Assembly (NCBI GenBank): GCA_951406725.2 | Contig: OX597835.1 | Location: 930,001-994,000, forward strand | Reading direction: 5' to 3' | Source: Octopus vulgaris | Taxonomy: Eukaryota | Length of the DNA: 64,000 bases | In this document: one piece after another, positions 1-11,861 of the stretch | Position numbering within the stretch: position 1 is the stretch's first letter | How the letters are laid out: the number at the start of each line of letters is the position of its first letter | Translations under genes and position numbers: made by a program | The notes under the pieces: model-generated | What the model saw: only the letters and a program-made list of their open reading frames with translations | Database searches by the model: none | Told to the model about the DNA's origin: nothing

Positions 1-624
1 ATGAGGGGATATCTTCCCGGGAGCTCCACATCGAGGATGCTTCACAGTGATCTTATCCCTTTCCCATTTACATACAATAGCACCCACAGTTGTTCACTTG
101 TCTTCTGATAGCCAAATATAGCCTTGTGCAGCTTAATAATCTGATCTCTACAATCTTTAGACAACTCTTTGGTTTAACTCATGGTGATTGATTTAATTTG
201 TTAAATAATCTGAAAGAAACAAAATTATTTTAAATACAGTACATAATTAGATTTGTTAAGTTAGATTTCTTCTAATATATTGATATTTTATATTTACTTT
301 GAATAAATATTCCTATATTTGATCATATTGCACTTTTGTCAATAATGTATCAAATAGTTATTTCTCATAGCATTTGTCAAATTCGTGTATAATTGCTAAG
401 CTATATTATTTTATCCATTATTTAGGTTGTAATATTAACTGAAAGGTGTGTAAAAGTGTACTGCTATAATTTTATTATATTAGCATTAATAGAAATAGGT
501 AAACTTTGAAAATCAGCAGGGTGTTAAATATATATATAACTCTAACCCTAACCCTCAGTGTATACATATATATATATATATATATAAAAACAAAAGTCCT
601 AAGTAGGAAGGCAGGCAAACCACA

Positions 625-1935
625 AATGCCTTCAGGTAGATGGCCCTGCTCAATCTGTACTAGAGGCATAGGTAGAAAAGATGTGCCCAGTGTAAGCTAT
701 GGACACACAAGAGGTGCAGCAATATCAAAGGAAGGCTAACTGGGAAGATAGTTTTTGTATGTGACAAATGCTCAGGTGCTATTCACACTGAAAATGTGCA
801 GAGAACAGCTTCTGTCACATTCCAGGGAGAAAAACTACAAGTAGTTGATAGCTTCCGTTACCTAGGGGACCTAGTCAGTAGCGGGGATGGATGCTCTGAA
901 AGTGTAGCTGCTAGAATAAGAATAGCCTGGACAAAGTTCAGAGAGCTCCTACCTCTGTTGGTAACAAAGGGCCTCTTGCTCAGAGTAAAAGACTGTATGA
1001 CGCATGTGTACGAACAGCCATGCTACATGGCAGTGAAACACGGGCTGTGACTGCTGAGGACATGCGTATGCTTGCAAGGAATGAAGCCAGTATGCTCCAC
1101 TGGATGTGTAATGTCAGTGTGCATACATGACAGTGTAAATGCCCTGAGAGAAAAGTTGGACTTAAGAAGCATCAGATGTGGTGTGCAAGAGAGACGACTG
1201 CGCTGGTATGGTCATGTGGCGAGAATGGATGAGGATAACTGTGTGAAAAGTGCCACACTCTAGCGGTTGAGGGAACCTGTGGAAGAGGTAGACCCAAGAA
1301 GACCTGGGAGGAAGTGGTGAAGCACGACCTTTGAACTTTAGGCCTCATCAAGGCAATGACTAGTGACTGAGACTTTTGGAAATATGCTGTGCTTGAGAAG
1401 ACCCAGCAAGCCAAATGAGACCATAACCTTGTGGCCTATGCCAGGGATGTAACCATCCCACTTATATGTACCTTTCCTTCTTTGGACATTAAACTCTGCT
1501 TGCGAAGACCTGTTGAGACAAGTGAAATTGAAATCAAATTCGATGACTGGCATCTGTGCTAGTGGGGCTCTAAGAGCACCATCCGAGCGTGATCGTTGCC
1601 AGAGCAGCTAACTGGCTTCCGTGCCGGTGGCACGTAAAAGGCACCATTTGAGCGTGATCATCACCAGCATCGCCTTACTAGTACTTGTGCCGGTGGCATG
1701 TGAAAAAGCATTTGAGTGAGGTCGTTGCTAGTACTGCCTGACTGGCCCCTGTGCTAGTGGCATGTAAAAGCAGCCACTACACTCTCGGAGTGGTTGGCAT
1801 TAGGAAGGGCATCCAGCTGTAGAAACCCTGCCAGATCAAGATTGGAGCCTGGTGCAGCCATCTGGTTCGCCAATTCTCAGTCAAATCGTCCAACCCATGC
1901 TAGCATGGAAAGCGGATGTTAAACAATGATGATGT
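625..1935 (+). mobile_element. RTE-clade LINE, 5'-truncated and decayed, with tandem-repeat 3'UTR and (GAT)n tail
   Basis: Frameshifted peptides VDSFRYLG, ARIRIAWTKFREL, QERRLRWYGHVARM, RGRPKKTW. Close paralogue at 59750-60897. Confidence 0.85.
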
Positions 1936-2322
1936 AACAGTGTGTTAGTAAACTAACATTTTTACGCTGTTTTCAGGTTTCAATGTCGGTGCTAACTTGT
2001 CCCGGTCAAATAACTCCAAGGACATGTTAGAAGATTGATGAGTATTTTGGGGACATAAAGTATTTCCTGTCTTTTTCTATTTTCTTCTCTATTGTCTCAG
2101 CCAACATATTTTCCTGAATGAAAAATGAAGTTTATAGAAATCGATGCAAGTTGTGTTTGTGTTATTTTGTTATTTGCTGAAAAGATGTGCAGAAGTTCAT
2201 AACACGAGCAGTTCTTGCTTTCCTCTTAATACACTCCAGGTTACATATACCGAAACGAGATATTTTGAAGTTTAATTTCCGAAAGCGAAAACAAAACTTT
2301 TGAAGTTGGTTCCTTTGCAATT

Positions 2323-2636
2323 GCATAACTACAGATGTGTACCCACTCCCTGACTTTGTTGCCTCATAACTTCCAGAAAAATGGATACTTTTTAATGAAA
2401 TTTTCAACAAATACTGCTTGGATGCTGTGGATTCAGAGTATGTAGGGATTTATGGAAATCCCTTATTCGAAACTCCTCTCCCCACCCTCTCAGAAAAATT
2501 TCCCCCACAAATTTCTTTATAATCATAATCTATGCTGTTTGAAAATAATTTGTATAAATTTTCATTAAAAGATATTCATTTTTCTGGAAGTTATGAGGCA
2601 ACAAATTCAGGTGGGGTACATATCTGTGGCTATGCT
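2323..2636. repeat. Inverted repeat (about 90-bp arms), MITE-like
   Basis: ttgcctcataacttccagaaaaatg (about 2359) is the reverse complement of catttttctggaagttatgaggcaa (about 2577). Confidence 0.7.
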
Positions 2637-2767
2637 AAAACAAACAGATGTTCATTTAAAAAACTAGGCGAAAAATTAATTTTTTCCAGAAATTAAAATT
2701 CACAACTGTTAGTTTTCACTTTTTTCTTCATGTTAAATATGTGCTTTTCTTCAATTGCAGTGTTTAA

Positions 2768-3003
2768 ATGAATGCTTACTGTGTTATCTGTTCGGACCGG
2801 TTTGTGTCAACTGGTGGTGAATGGGACATTGCTGCAGGCATTTGTGGTCATACGTTCCACTCTGCCTGTTTGGGTACATGGTTGGAAACTTCCAGAACAT
2901 GCCCAACCTGCCGGAAACGCTGGTCAAAGAAAGATGTTGCCATAAAGTTATATTTTGACTTTGATAATGTAGCATTGGAAACCGAAGAAACATCTACTCC
3001 CAG
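2768..3003 (+). CDS. TRAIP: TRAIP coding exon 1 (RING domain)
   Basis: Acceptor ttgcag ends at 2760, ATG at 2768, donor gtgaga at 3004 (phase 2). A non-coding 5' exon probably lies upstream but was not located. Confidence 0.92.
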
Positions 3004-3627
3004 GTGAGAATGAGTTTTCTCTTCATCTAACACTTTGTGACCGTGGAGAATGAATGGTTGTTATTCAGTATTCAGTAGCTTGCTGTGAGGTTGACAACAG
3101 AAACAACCTTAAGCTGTAACAAAAGACAATAAAATGACTTCGCTGTAAACAGGAATTTTCTCTCTTTGCTCCTTTCTGTCACATGGGCTCAACTCCCCTC
3201 CCCTCTTTATCTGACAATGTATACATTTAAGCACAAAAGAGGCGACTCTTAACAGGCAGCCTTACATGCTAGAAGGAGCAGTCAAAACGTCCAAAACTAC
3301 ATTTAAGAGGAATTTCGAAGGGAATGAAAAATAAAAAAACTTTTACCCTGTTTTTTTGTTTCAGCTTTAATTAGCAAATAAAATAATTTCCTAGTTCTCA
3401 GTGGCTACGCCAAAACAGTAACATATAATTTAGAGACAGAATAACACATGTCTCATCATTAGATATTATAATTTCTCAAATTCACTGCGCAATTGTGGTT
3501 TCAGTCAGCAGCAAATTAAAAAAATTCCAAATTAACTTCCGAAATTACTAAAATCATATTCATAAAATAAAAGATAGCAAAACTTTAGAAATTTTGCTAT
3601 TCTATGTTATTTTATGTATATATGTGG

Positions 3628-3670
<43 letters not shown>

Positions 3671-4543
3671 GTGTGTGTATTGTTAATGTCTTTTGTTTGT
3701 ATTTGTGTACCATTTCTCCATTTTTCCGTCCTTGTTTTCTTATACATTTGCTGCTTTCTTCTAAGGAATCTAGTGCTCTTAGCTTAGTTTTTCTTTGCGG
3801 CTGGCCAGATTGGAGCAATCTCGAGTATAACCAGCCGAAATTGCAAAGATAATCTGGAACTCAACTGCAGAAAGAAATCCGTCATTACACAGATTACAAA
3901 TGGCTGGTATTTAATTGCATATTAGTATTTTTGTATTTGTTTTTGTATAGTGTTTGTAAAAAACATCCTGATGAGGGGAGTGTCAGTTTTGATGATATCA
4001 AATATATCATATCGCTTGGCACGTCTCTGAAACGGAGATGGAACTCTTAATTTTTTAATTTTTGTGTCGTTTTTCGGGGGTTTTTAATATGTCCTTTTAA
4101 TGTTTCATCATCCCAAATTTTTAATTATACCAATATTTTTTAACTTTTAAAATGTCAATTCACTGTGTTTTATGTATAACACTGATTCATATCTATTTAT
4201 ATATATTTTTATGTCTTTATATCTGGAATTTATACATCCGTTTCGTAAATGTGGAAGAATATAGGAATCTATGTATCTATTTGATCTTTGAGTGTGGAGC
4301 TTAATTATGTTCCTCTAGTTTCCACTTGCATTGCCTCCGTTCAAATTAAGAAGTGAAATATAGCTCACTTGGAGGACTACAACTCCTGTCGGTATTTTTT
4401 GCGAGTATTGTTAACACTAGCAATCTCAAAATAAAGCTATTTTATACATATATATATATATTATATACACATGTATATATACATATATAAACATATATAT
4501 ATACATAGATATATACACATTTTTATATAAATATATATACACA

Positions 4544-4575
<32 letters not shown>

Positions 4576-7029
4576 CACACACATGTATATATACATATAT
4601 ATAAACATATATATATATACATATATACATATGCATAAATATACATACATATAAACATACATATACATATTTCTTTGTGTAAATGCGGTGCTCCAGCATG
4701 GCCACAGTCATATGACTGAGAGAAGTAAAACAATAAAAAACTATGCCATTTTAATCCTGTGCAACGCTGGGTATCTCTGCTTGTATGTATGCGTACATAT
4801 ATATATATATCTGAGGTACTACTTCCACTGCTACAACCACTAACAGCAACAATACTAAAAGTGTTCATGATAACAGGAAAAAGCCAGCTATATCAGAAGA
4901 AAAGTCAGTAAAATTAATCTTATTTTGGGTTTAAAGTTCTGCAACTCCTACCACCACCACCGACAACGTTTGTAAAGAAGATGATAACTGAAATGTAAAA
5001 ATCCCTAGGAAAAATAGCAAAGCAATTACTGCTTTGGCCAGGGTCAAAATATAGGTCTCTTGACATTGTTCAACAAACTGTGACGCCTAAACCAAACACC
5101 AATCAACTTCAGTGATTTAGTAAAGCCATACACTGATTGCTGAGGATACAGTTTGCATATATTAACCTTCTGGTTTATATCTAAATGTTTTTAAGGCAAA
5201 CAATTTAGCCATCTCACTTCAGTTGTAATTTGTAACACTAAACTGTCACCACTGCTACATGAACCTTTAATATTCTGCCATATATCTCTTTTACACACGC
5301 ATGCGCACCTTCGTTTTGGGATCACCACTGCTTTATTATCTCCCCTTCTCCCTAAATCTCCTGTGTGACCCTTCTGTCCGGCATTCGCCATAGATTGCTA
5401 GCCACGACACATTCTTTATTTTCTCTCTTTGTTCCTTTCTGTGGAAGAGCGTAGGCGCGAAACGTTAAAGACTTTTTCACCTCCCGAGCATTATACTAAT
5501 ACATCTGTTTGTTGTCTACACCTCCTGTCTTCGTCTTTTTTTTTTTTGTGAATTCTCCCCGTATCATTATATATTATATTATTATAAGATAGTAAATAAA
5601 ACATGAAGATCAAAGTTGGAATTTCTTTGAGTAATGTGTGTGTGTGTGTGTACATGGTAATATGCACATTATATTAGCCGCCTGATGTCTCATACTATGA
5701 TGGCAAGTTTGAGGAAGATAAAAGATGTACTTTCAAACCTAGATTAATGCCTTAATGTACGTCCGATGTGTGGCTGCAACTTCCCCAACATTTGATGACC
5801 CGAAGCTGTCATAACCTCAGGGTTCAAATAGAAACAATGCAATGAGGCAGAATCTTTAGTAGATCTAACGAAAATGATGTTCATGGATCAGACCGTACTT
5901 TCCCCGACCAGAAATAACAACATCCTGGATCTTTGCTTCTCTAAGAATATAGACCTTATTCACAACATAAAAATATCACCGTCAACTCATTCAGGCCATA
6001 ACATGATAGAACTGTCAATATCTGGTCTGAAGCTAATTAAAGAGTCATACCACACAGCTGGCTCCCAAGTACTGGCCAACCTGAATTTCTACAAGGCTGA
6101 CTGGCAGTCTATGAACAAAGAGATATTCCAGCAAAACTGGTTTAAAAGTCTGTCCATGCAAGACACTGGCATGAAAATCATTGAGTTCTTGTCAATAATG
6201 TGAGCCATAAGTTTGTCCCAGAGAAGAAAGCCATTATTCCCCGAGATAGGAGAATGAGACGGAGGATAAAGATTTCGAATCACTTAAACAAGGAGCCTAA
6301 TGACAGCCAAATGGTGCTCTTAGAGACTGAGAATAAAATCAGAATCTCCCATGAAACAGAAAGGGTAAACTGAGAAACCAGGGTGGTGGAAAATATAAAA
6401 AGGAACCCTAAAGCCTTCTACAAGTTTACAAAAGAGTCTGCCTCAGGATAGGGCTGCTGTTTGATAAAAAGGGGCTCACTGACTGCAGACCCCAAGAGGA
6501 AAAGTGAAGTGCTCAAACAATTCCAAAGTGTTTTCACTTCTGCACTGGTAAACATGGAAATAAGTAGACCAGATGAGTTCTTCAACACGTCTAACCTACA
6601 AGAGAAAAGGGTGACCATTGATTACATTGCCATTACAGAAGAGGAATGTATTGTTGGCCATTGATGAGAAAGACTCAAACTCTGCAACAGGCCCAGATGG
6701 ACTCCCAACAATTCTTTTAAAAGCATGCAAGAAAGCTCTTACAAAACCACTGCAAATACTTTTCCAGAGTTGCCATGCATGCACACACCGTTCAATGCAA
6801 TGAATGCCAGAAGGTCTGCAAATCTAACAGAGACCTCGACAGACATTTTAAAATCTACAAAGATCAGAACTTAACTGCAACTCTTGGTGGTCCAAACTGG
6901 ATATGCAGTCTATGTGGGTGTCTTTTTAAAACATTGTCTGGTTTAAAAGCCACATCAAGTGCCATGATGGGTGGTGTAGGGGCTGGTCAAACTCTGCATA
7001 AGCAGTAGACAACCACTATATATATATAG

Positions 7030-7060
<31 letters not shown>

Positions 7061-10000
7061 TGTTTGTGTGTGTGTTATATATATATATATATTGCATCAG
7101 AAATCTGCAATGGCTCCATAACTACCATCTCAGCCATAACCTTGGAGCCATTGTAATCCGTTACAGTGCTTACCTAGCGTACCTAATCGTTTAGATCACC
7201 TGTGAACTAACCCCCCCCCTATACTTTGTGTGTGTATATTTGCTTTTTGTGGAATAATGTTTATATGGGTTATGAGAGACAAAGAGACAAGCCATGACAT
7301 GGTCAGGAGGGATCAATATGACTGTTGAATAAGGCTGTCTCACTTGTGCTGGTACCATGATAAAGGGTCCTTGTGGTCCCACAAGACTATAAGGTCAGTA
7401 ATACAGAGGTACAACTGCTGACAGGGCAGAACAGAAGGTCCAGATGGATTGGTGAAATTATTGGATCATTGGAAAAATACCTTGTGGTATTTGTTCTGGT
7501 TCCTTATATTCTGAATTCAAATCTGCTGAGGTTAAATTTGCTTTTCATTGTTCAGAGTCGATAAAAGTACCACTCGAATACTTGGGTCAGTATAATTGAC
7601 TAACCCATTCCCCTTACTAGTCTTGTGTCTCTACTTTTAAGATTGGTCGGTTGGTAGAATTGGTAGAGGATCAGACAAAATTCCTCTTGCTATTTCTTCT
7701 GATTCTTTATGTTCTGAGTTCAAATTCTGCCTAGAATAACTTTGACTTTTGGGGATTGATAAAGTAAAGTCCCCGTCAAGTACTGAGGTTGATATTATTG
7801 ATTAACCCTTTCGTTGCTGTATTTATTTTGAGATGCTTTGTGTTTCTTTCAATTAGTCTAAATATGACAAAGAATTTAGTAAAATAACTTAGTTATCATG
7901 AAGCTAGTGTTAGGAACATAAATTGTGACTAAGGTTTGGTGGAAGATTTTAATTCAAAACTTATGAAAACAAAACATTTGTACTCAGAGCCAGTTTCAGC
8001 AGGCTTAATAACAAAAGGGCTAACCCCTCCTCTCAAAATTTCAGGTCTTGTGGCTATGTTAAAAATCTTCATTTATGTCTAGCTCTTGTGGCAAATAAAA
8101 TGTGTGTTATATTTTTTAACAGACTGCTCAATGAATTAAACAGCATGCGTGCCAAGTTGGCTGAGTCTGAACAGAAGAATAAACAGTTGGAGAAGGACTT
8201 TCAGAATGTCTGTGATGAGAAAGAAGCTCTATCTATTGCACACCAGAATGCACTTGCTGAGGTCCAGGTGATGATGTCTTCCATGAAGGCAAAAAACAAA
8301 CAGATTCAGTACTACCAGAATTGTGAACAGACTTGGATCGACAAAGACAAGGAACGGGTAGAGCTGAAGAATAGAGTGGAAAGCTTTGCACAAATCAAGA
8401 AACTAGTTCAAAGTGAGTTTCAAATATGTTTTCAAAAGATTTTGCTTTCTTCATTCTTTTCTCCTTTTACCTGCTCACTTTTGTTTGTGTTTTTGTCATT
8501 GCTGTTTCTTTTGTGGTTGTGTTGCATTGAACAAATGGAGACTGTTGAATAAGGCTGTCTCGCTAGTGCCATGACAAAATGCAGACTGTTGTTAGTGAAA
8601 GAAAGAAAATCCAGACAATGTAGGGTTGAGAGGACCTGTCGGTGTGACCAACATCACCAGTGCAGATGCCATAGTAAATTGTACCAGTGCACTACTAAAG
8701 TGGTGAACAAATGAGTGGAGACTATGAATGGTCTGCAGGAAGTTTAGGTTACCTTGCTGGACATTTGTTTAGTGTTTCTTTTCTTTTTAAGTACAATGAA
8801 ATTATGTGAAAGTCTGTTGAATGGAGCCTACATGTTCTTTGTTGGTAGACTTAATTGCTGTTGTCTGGTTTAACACTATCGCCTGATCTTTGAGTGGCTT
8901 TCGTAGTGTCTGCTTACTTTTGTTGCAAGCATTGAGATGAGGTCTCATGTCTAAGGTAAGGTAGCTTGGTATCTGTGAGTTGTAATTTGTTTTCCTTCCT
9001 CCAGGCTCAGAAACCCTGAAAAAGGGGACATGAGCTCTGCCCATCCTTTTCTGACCAAACTATGCAAAACTAAAAGATTGCTCGTATCCAAGTAGATGCG
9101 GTTGGAGATCACTATTTAAGATGACATTTTGAGGAATTTTGTGTTGATACTTATTATGTCTATAATCAACTTAACTCCCAAATAGCCAATCCACTTTGCT
9201 GCATCATTTTACACCTACATTCATGGATGCCATGGGTTGGATAGTTTATTATGATTTGAGTCAGTTTTTATCTGTAGTTCCTACAATTTGCAGATAGATA
9301 GGAAGACTGCATCTCATTAATGTTCTGTTTTAGCCTGATTCCTATGGTTGAATGCTCTTCTGAACACAAACACTTAAAGTGTGCACGGTGTGCTTTATTG
9401 AGGCCCCAATAGAAAAACGAAAAGGTTGTCCTTGATGAGACATAACTAAAGGTTTTCTTGACCCTATGTTTCTGCTTATTTATCAACCACTTAACAAAAT
9501 GTAGCAGATGCATTTTGTTGTTGCATCAGCACTTGTAGATTGCCTTGTACTTTGCAAGACATAATGACTCCTTACTCATCTATATTGTTTCCATTCATAT
9601 AAGGTCAGATAATAATCAGAGTGAGTAGAGGAGAGAAATGTTGTGGAAAACGAACAATGGTAAGAGTGAAGATCTGGTGGTAAAAGCAGAGTATTTTGAA
9701 GGTTCCTCCTAAGACCACTGAAATCCTGCTGCTTGTAGGAACTGACACAATGTTATAGTTTCCTCCTCTTGAACATCACCTCCTAACACAAACCTTACAT
9801 CCTTTTTGTCTTTGAGACACAAATCTCTCATCCCTTGTTGTCCTAAAGGCCATTACTGCTGTCTAGGCTACACTCACTCCTCTTCCAATCACTTTGATCA
9901 TATCTCTTCTTACTTTGAAGACATTCTCTATCTCACCCAGCCCCTTGCTCTTCTTCTTCTCAACTCTTCTTCGCTCTTGTATTCATCCCACATTAATGCT

Positions 10001-11323
10001 GCTGATACAAGAATCAAATGTTTTACAGTAACTTAACTCTTCTAGTTTCATCCCTGACAGACAGTCATATCTTTTTCTTCCTTGCCTCCAAACTCAACCT
10101 CTCTCCAACCATTGCAATCTCTGCACCTGTTAGATTGACTGACCACTTACCTGTGTGAATGTTCACCCGGGATGGGTTGAATTGGTTCTAAATCAGTAAC
10201 CAGCAACATCAAATATGATAGCATCTGCTCATAAAGCTACCCGTTCACCCATTCTATGCTCCACTGTTCCCGTCTCCGAGTCCCTATGTCACTTCCAGCC
10301 AGCTGACTCCCATATTTGAGGCAGTTCTATGACGTATGGGCTTAATTCATGATATACTTGAAACAGCTTATAAGCAAGTGAATGAAATATCCCTTTCGAC
10401 ATGTCCCTCCATTGGGAATTTTCTAAGTGTGTCTTATGTATTAAGAATGCATACTTAATTGCAGATTAATGCATTTATGGCATGAGCCCAAAAGAAGCTT
10501 TGATTAACTAAAATTATGCTTACAATGAAAATTGGTTTTGCTTGTTATTGTATAACTTATTTGTTTTCAATTTATTTTAGTGACTGAAACTGAAAGTAAA
10601 TTGCTGTTGGAAGATGTGATGAATGGCCCTGGGGCAGTGGAGCGATTAGTTAATCTCTGTACCATCATTAAACGAGAATATGAACAGTGCAAACGGAGCA
10701 GGAAATCTCAGCGCTCTGAACTGGAAAAGGTCCTGAAGCAATTGGCTTCAATGCGAGTGACCCTTGATGAGACAAAAACCCAGGAGAAGCTGCTTAAAGA
10801 ACACTGCAAGAATTCTGAAAAAGAACTGACAAGATGTGAGGCTGAAATAGCAACCTTGAGAAAACGCCTGGCCAAATCTGAGCCGAAAAGAAAACTCTTG
10901 ACATCCGAACCTGATAATGAGATTATTCCAGAGTCTGAAAATTTTGAAAAGGTTCCACATTCATCTGCTCCACCACAATCATCTTCATTATCAATAGCAT
11001 TAAAATCCCAGAAGACTGCTGTCGTTAGCAATTGCATTTCAAATTTCAGTGACTCACAATCTAATTTTTTTTGGAAAATTACATCTGCATGCCAAAAGAA
11101 ACCAAAGTTGACCAGCAAGAGTTCATCAAATGTTATTCCTATTCCGTCTTGCAATAACTCACCACAGGTGCCAATTCTGAAGAATATTCGGCGTGGTTAT
11201 GATGGCTTAGGAGGCCATACTTCTTTTACTCAATCTCTTGGTCGGACTTCTATCCTGAAGAGGAAACAGTTTGATAATAATGTCACTAATACAAAACACA
11301 AACTGTTCTCATCAAGAAATTAA
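2768..11323 (+). CDS. TRAIP: E3 ubiquitin-protein ligase TRAIP (RING + coiled coil), join(2768..3003,8123..8412,10581..11323), 422 aa
   Basis: N-terminal RING-H2 (CVIC...[24 protein letters not shown]) followed by IKLYFD, a long coiled coil and the TRAIP-type C-terminal motif [11 protein letters not shown]. Donors and acceptors are GT/AG and the phases (2, then 1) join into one open frame. Confidence 0.92.
3964..4040 (+). ncRNA. Type I hammerhead-ribozyme-like fold (U16.1>G), in TRAIP intron 1
   Basis: catc-CTGATGA-gggga gtgtca...tggcac g tctct-GAAA-cg-G-A-gatg. Stems I and II pair, but position 16.1 is G rather than U. Confidence 0.6.
4440..4670. repeat. (TA)n/(CA)n compound microsatellite; similar tracts at 22557-22655, 48238-48316, 55715-55905, 56045-56180, 57835-58125 and 63615-63945
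   Basis: Direct dinucleotide runs. Confidence 0.95.
5290..5565 (+). mobile_element. Short repeat, Penelope pLTR-like, with a hammerhead-like motif at 5435-5470 (copy 1 of 3)
   Basis: Homologous to 18180-18345 and 23618-23850. Motif cttt-CTGTGGA-a-gagc-gtag-gcgc-GAAA-cgt-T-aaag. Confidence 0.6.
5790..6780 (+). mobile_element. CR1/Jockey-group LINE ORF2 fragment (end of endonuclease to start of RT)
   Basis: [20 protein letters not shown] and [30 protein letters not shown] in broken frames. Confidence 0.75.
7806..8019. mobile_element. piggyBac-like MITE inserted in a SINE
   Basis: TTAA|CCCTTT...AAAGGG|CTAA termini. The host SINE sequence resumes after it. Confidence 0.55.
8123..8412 (+). CDS. 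TRAIP: TRAIP coding exon 2 (coiled coil)
   Basis: Acceptor ttttaacag ends at 8122 and completes AG|A (Arg). Donor gtgagt at 8413 (phase 1). Heptad-rich peptide. Confidence 0.88.
10581..11323 (+). CDS. TRAIP: TRAIP coding exon 3 (coiled coil + C-terminal region)
   Basis: Acceptor ttattttag ends at 10580 and completes A|TG. Contains GYDGLGG. Stop TAA ends at 11323. Confidence 0.9.
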
Positions 11324-11516
11324 TTTTTTTTTTCTACTTTATTTTTAACGAGTTATCCAACATTTTCCACCCTCTTTTTTAAACTTTCTATTGTTGTCTA
11401 CTTTTTTAATTATCTAGGTTGTATAAAAAAATTAAAATTTTATGCATTCTTTTGTTAAGAGGAATTTTACTGCTTGTCTTTCTCAAGTCCTGATTTTAAT
11501 CTCTTTAGGTTTACTA

Positions 11517-11522
11517 AATAAA
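11517..11522 (+). terminator. Candidate polyadenylation signal of TRAIP
   Basis: AATAAA about 195 nt after the stop, followed by a T-rich tract. Confidence 0.5.
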
Positions 11523-11861
11523 ATCAAAAAGTGTACATTTTTTTATTGGTGCAGACAGCACGTTATGAGTAACACAGTTATTTATCTAGCAACTATGCGA
11601 TGCTTATAGACCTCATTAGTTGCGTGTTGTTTTGCAACTGGCCATTACTGAATAGCTGGTCAGATAGCTGCATGTGCAAGTGACATACATCACCCCACCC
11701 ACCCCCAGCTCCCATGAACTTGTCTTGCAACACCCTCTGAACATACCTGCTTCTGCTATTGCTTCGGCTCTCAAAGTCTGCCCTAATTATCAAGCTGTCT
11801 CCGCACCAGCAAACAGCTGGATGTGATTGGAAGGAGACATTGCTGCTTCTTGCACAGCAGG

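Noticed and set aside
542-556. Telomere-like CTAACC repeats
   Set aside because: Only about two units, too short to call an interstitial telomere.
3790-3850. ggctgg...ccagcc-GAAA-ttgcaa hammerhead-like half
   Set aside because: The upstream CUGANGA box is not recognisable.
4426-4868. Many YIYI/CVCV-rich ORFs here and throughout the window (e.g. 55032-56162, 63525-63958)
   Set aside because: These are translations of (TA)n/(TG)n microsatellites or antisense shadows of real exons.
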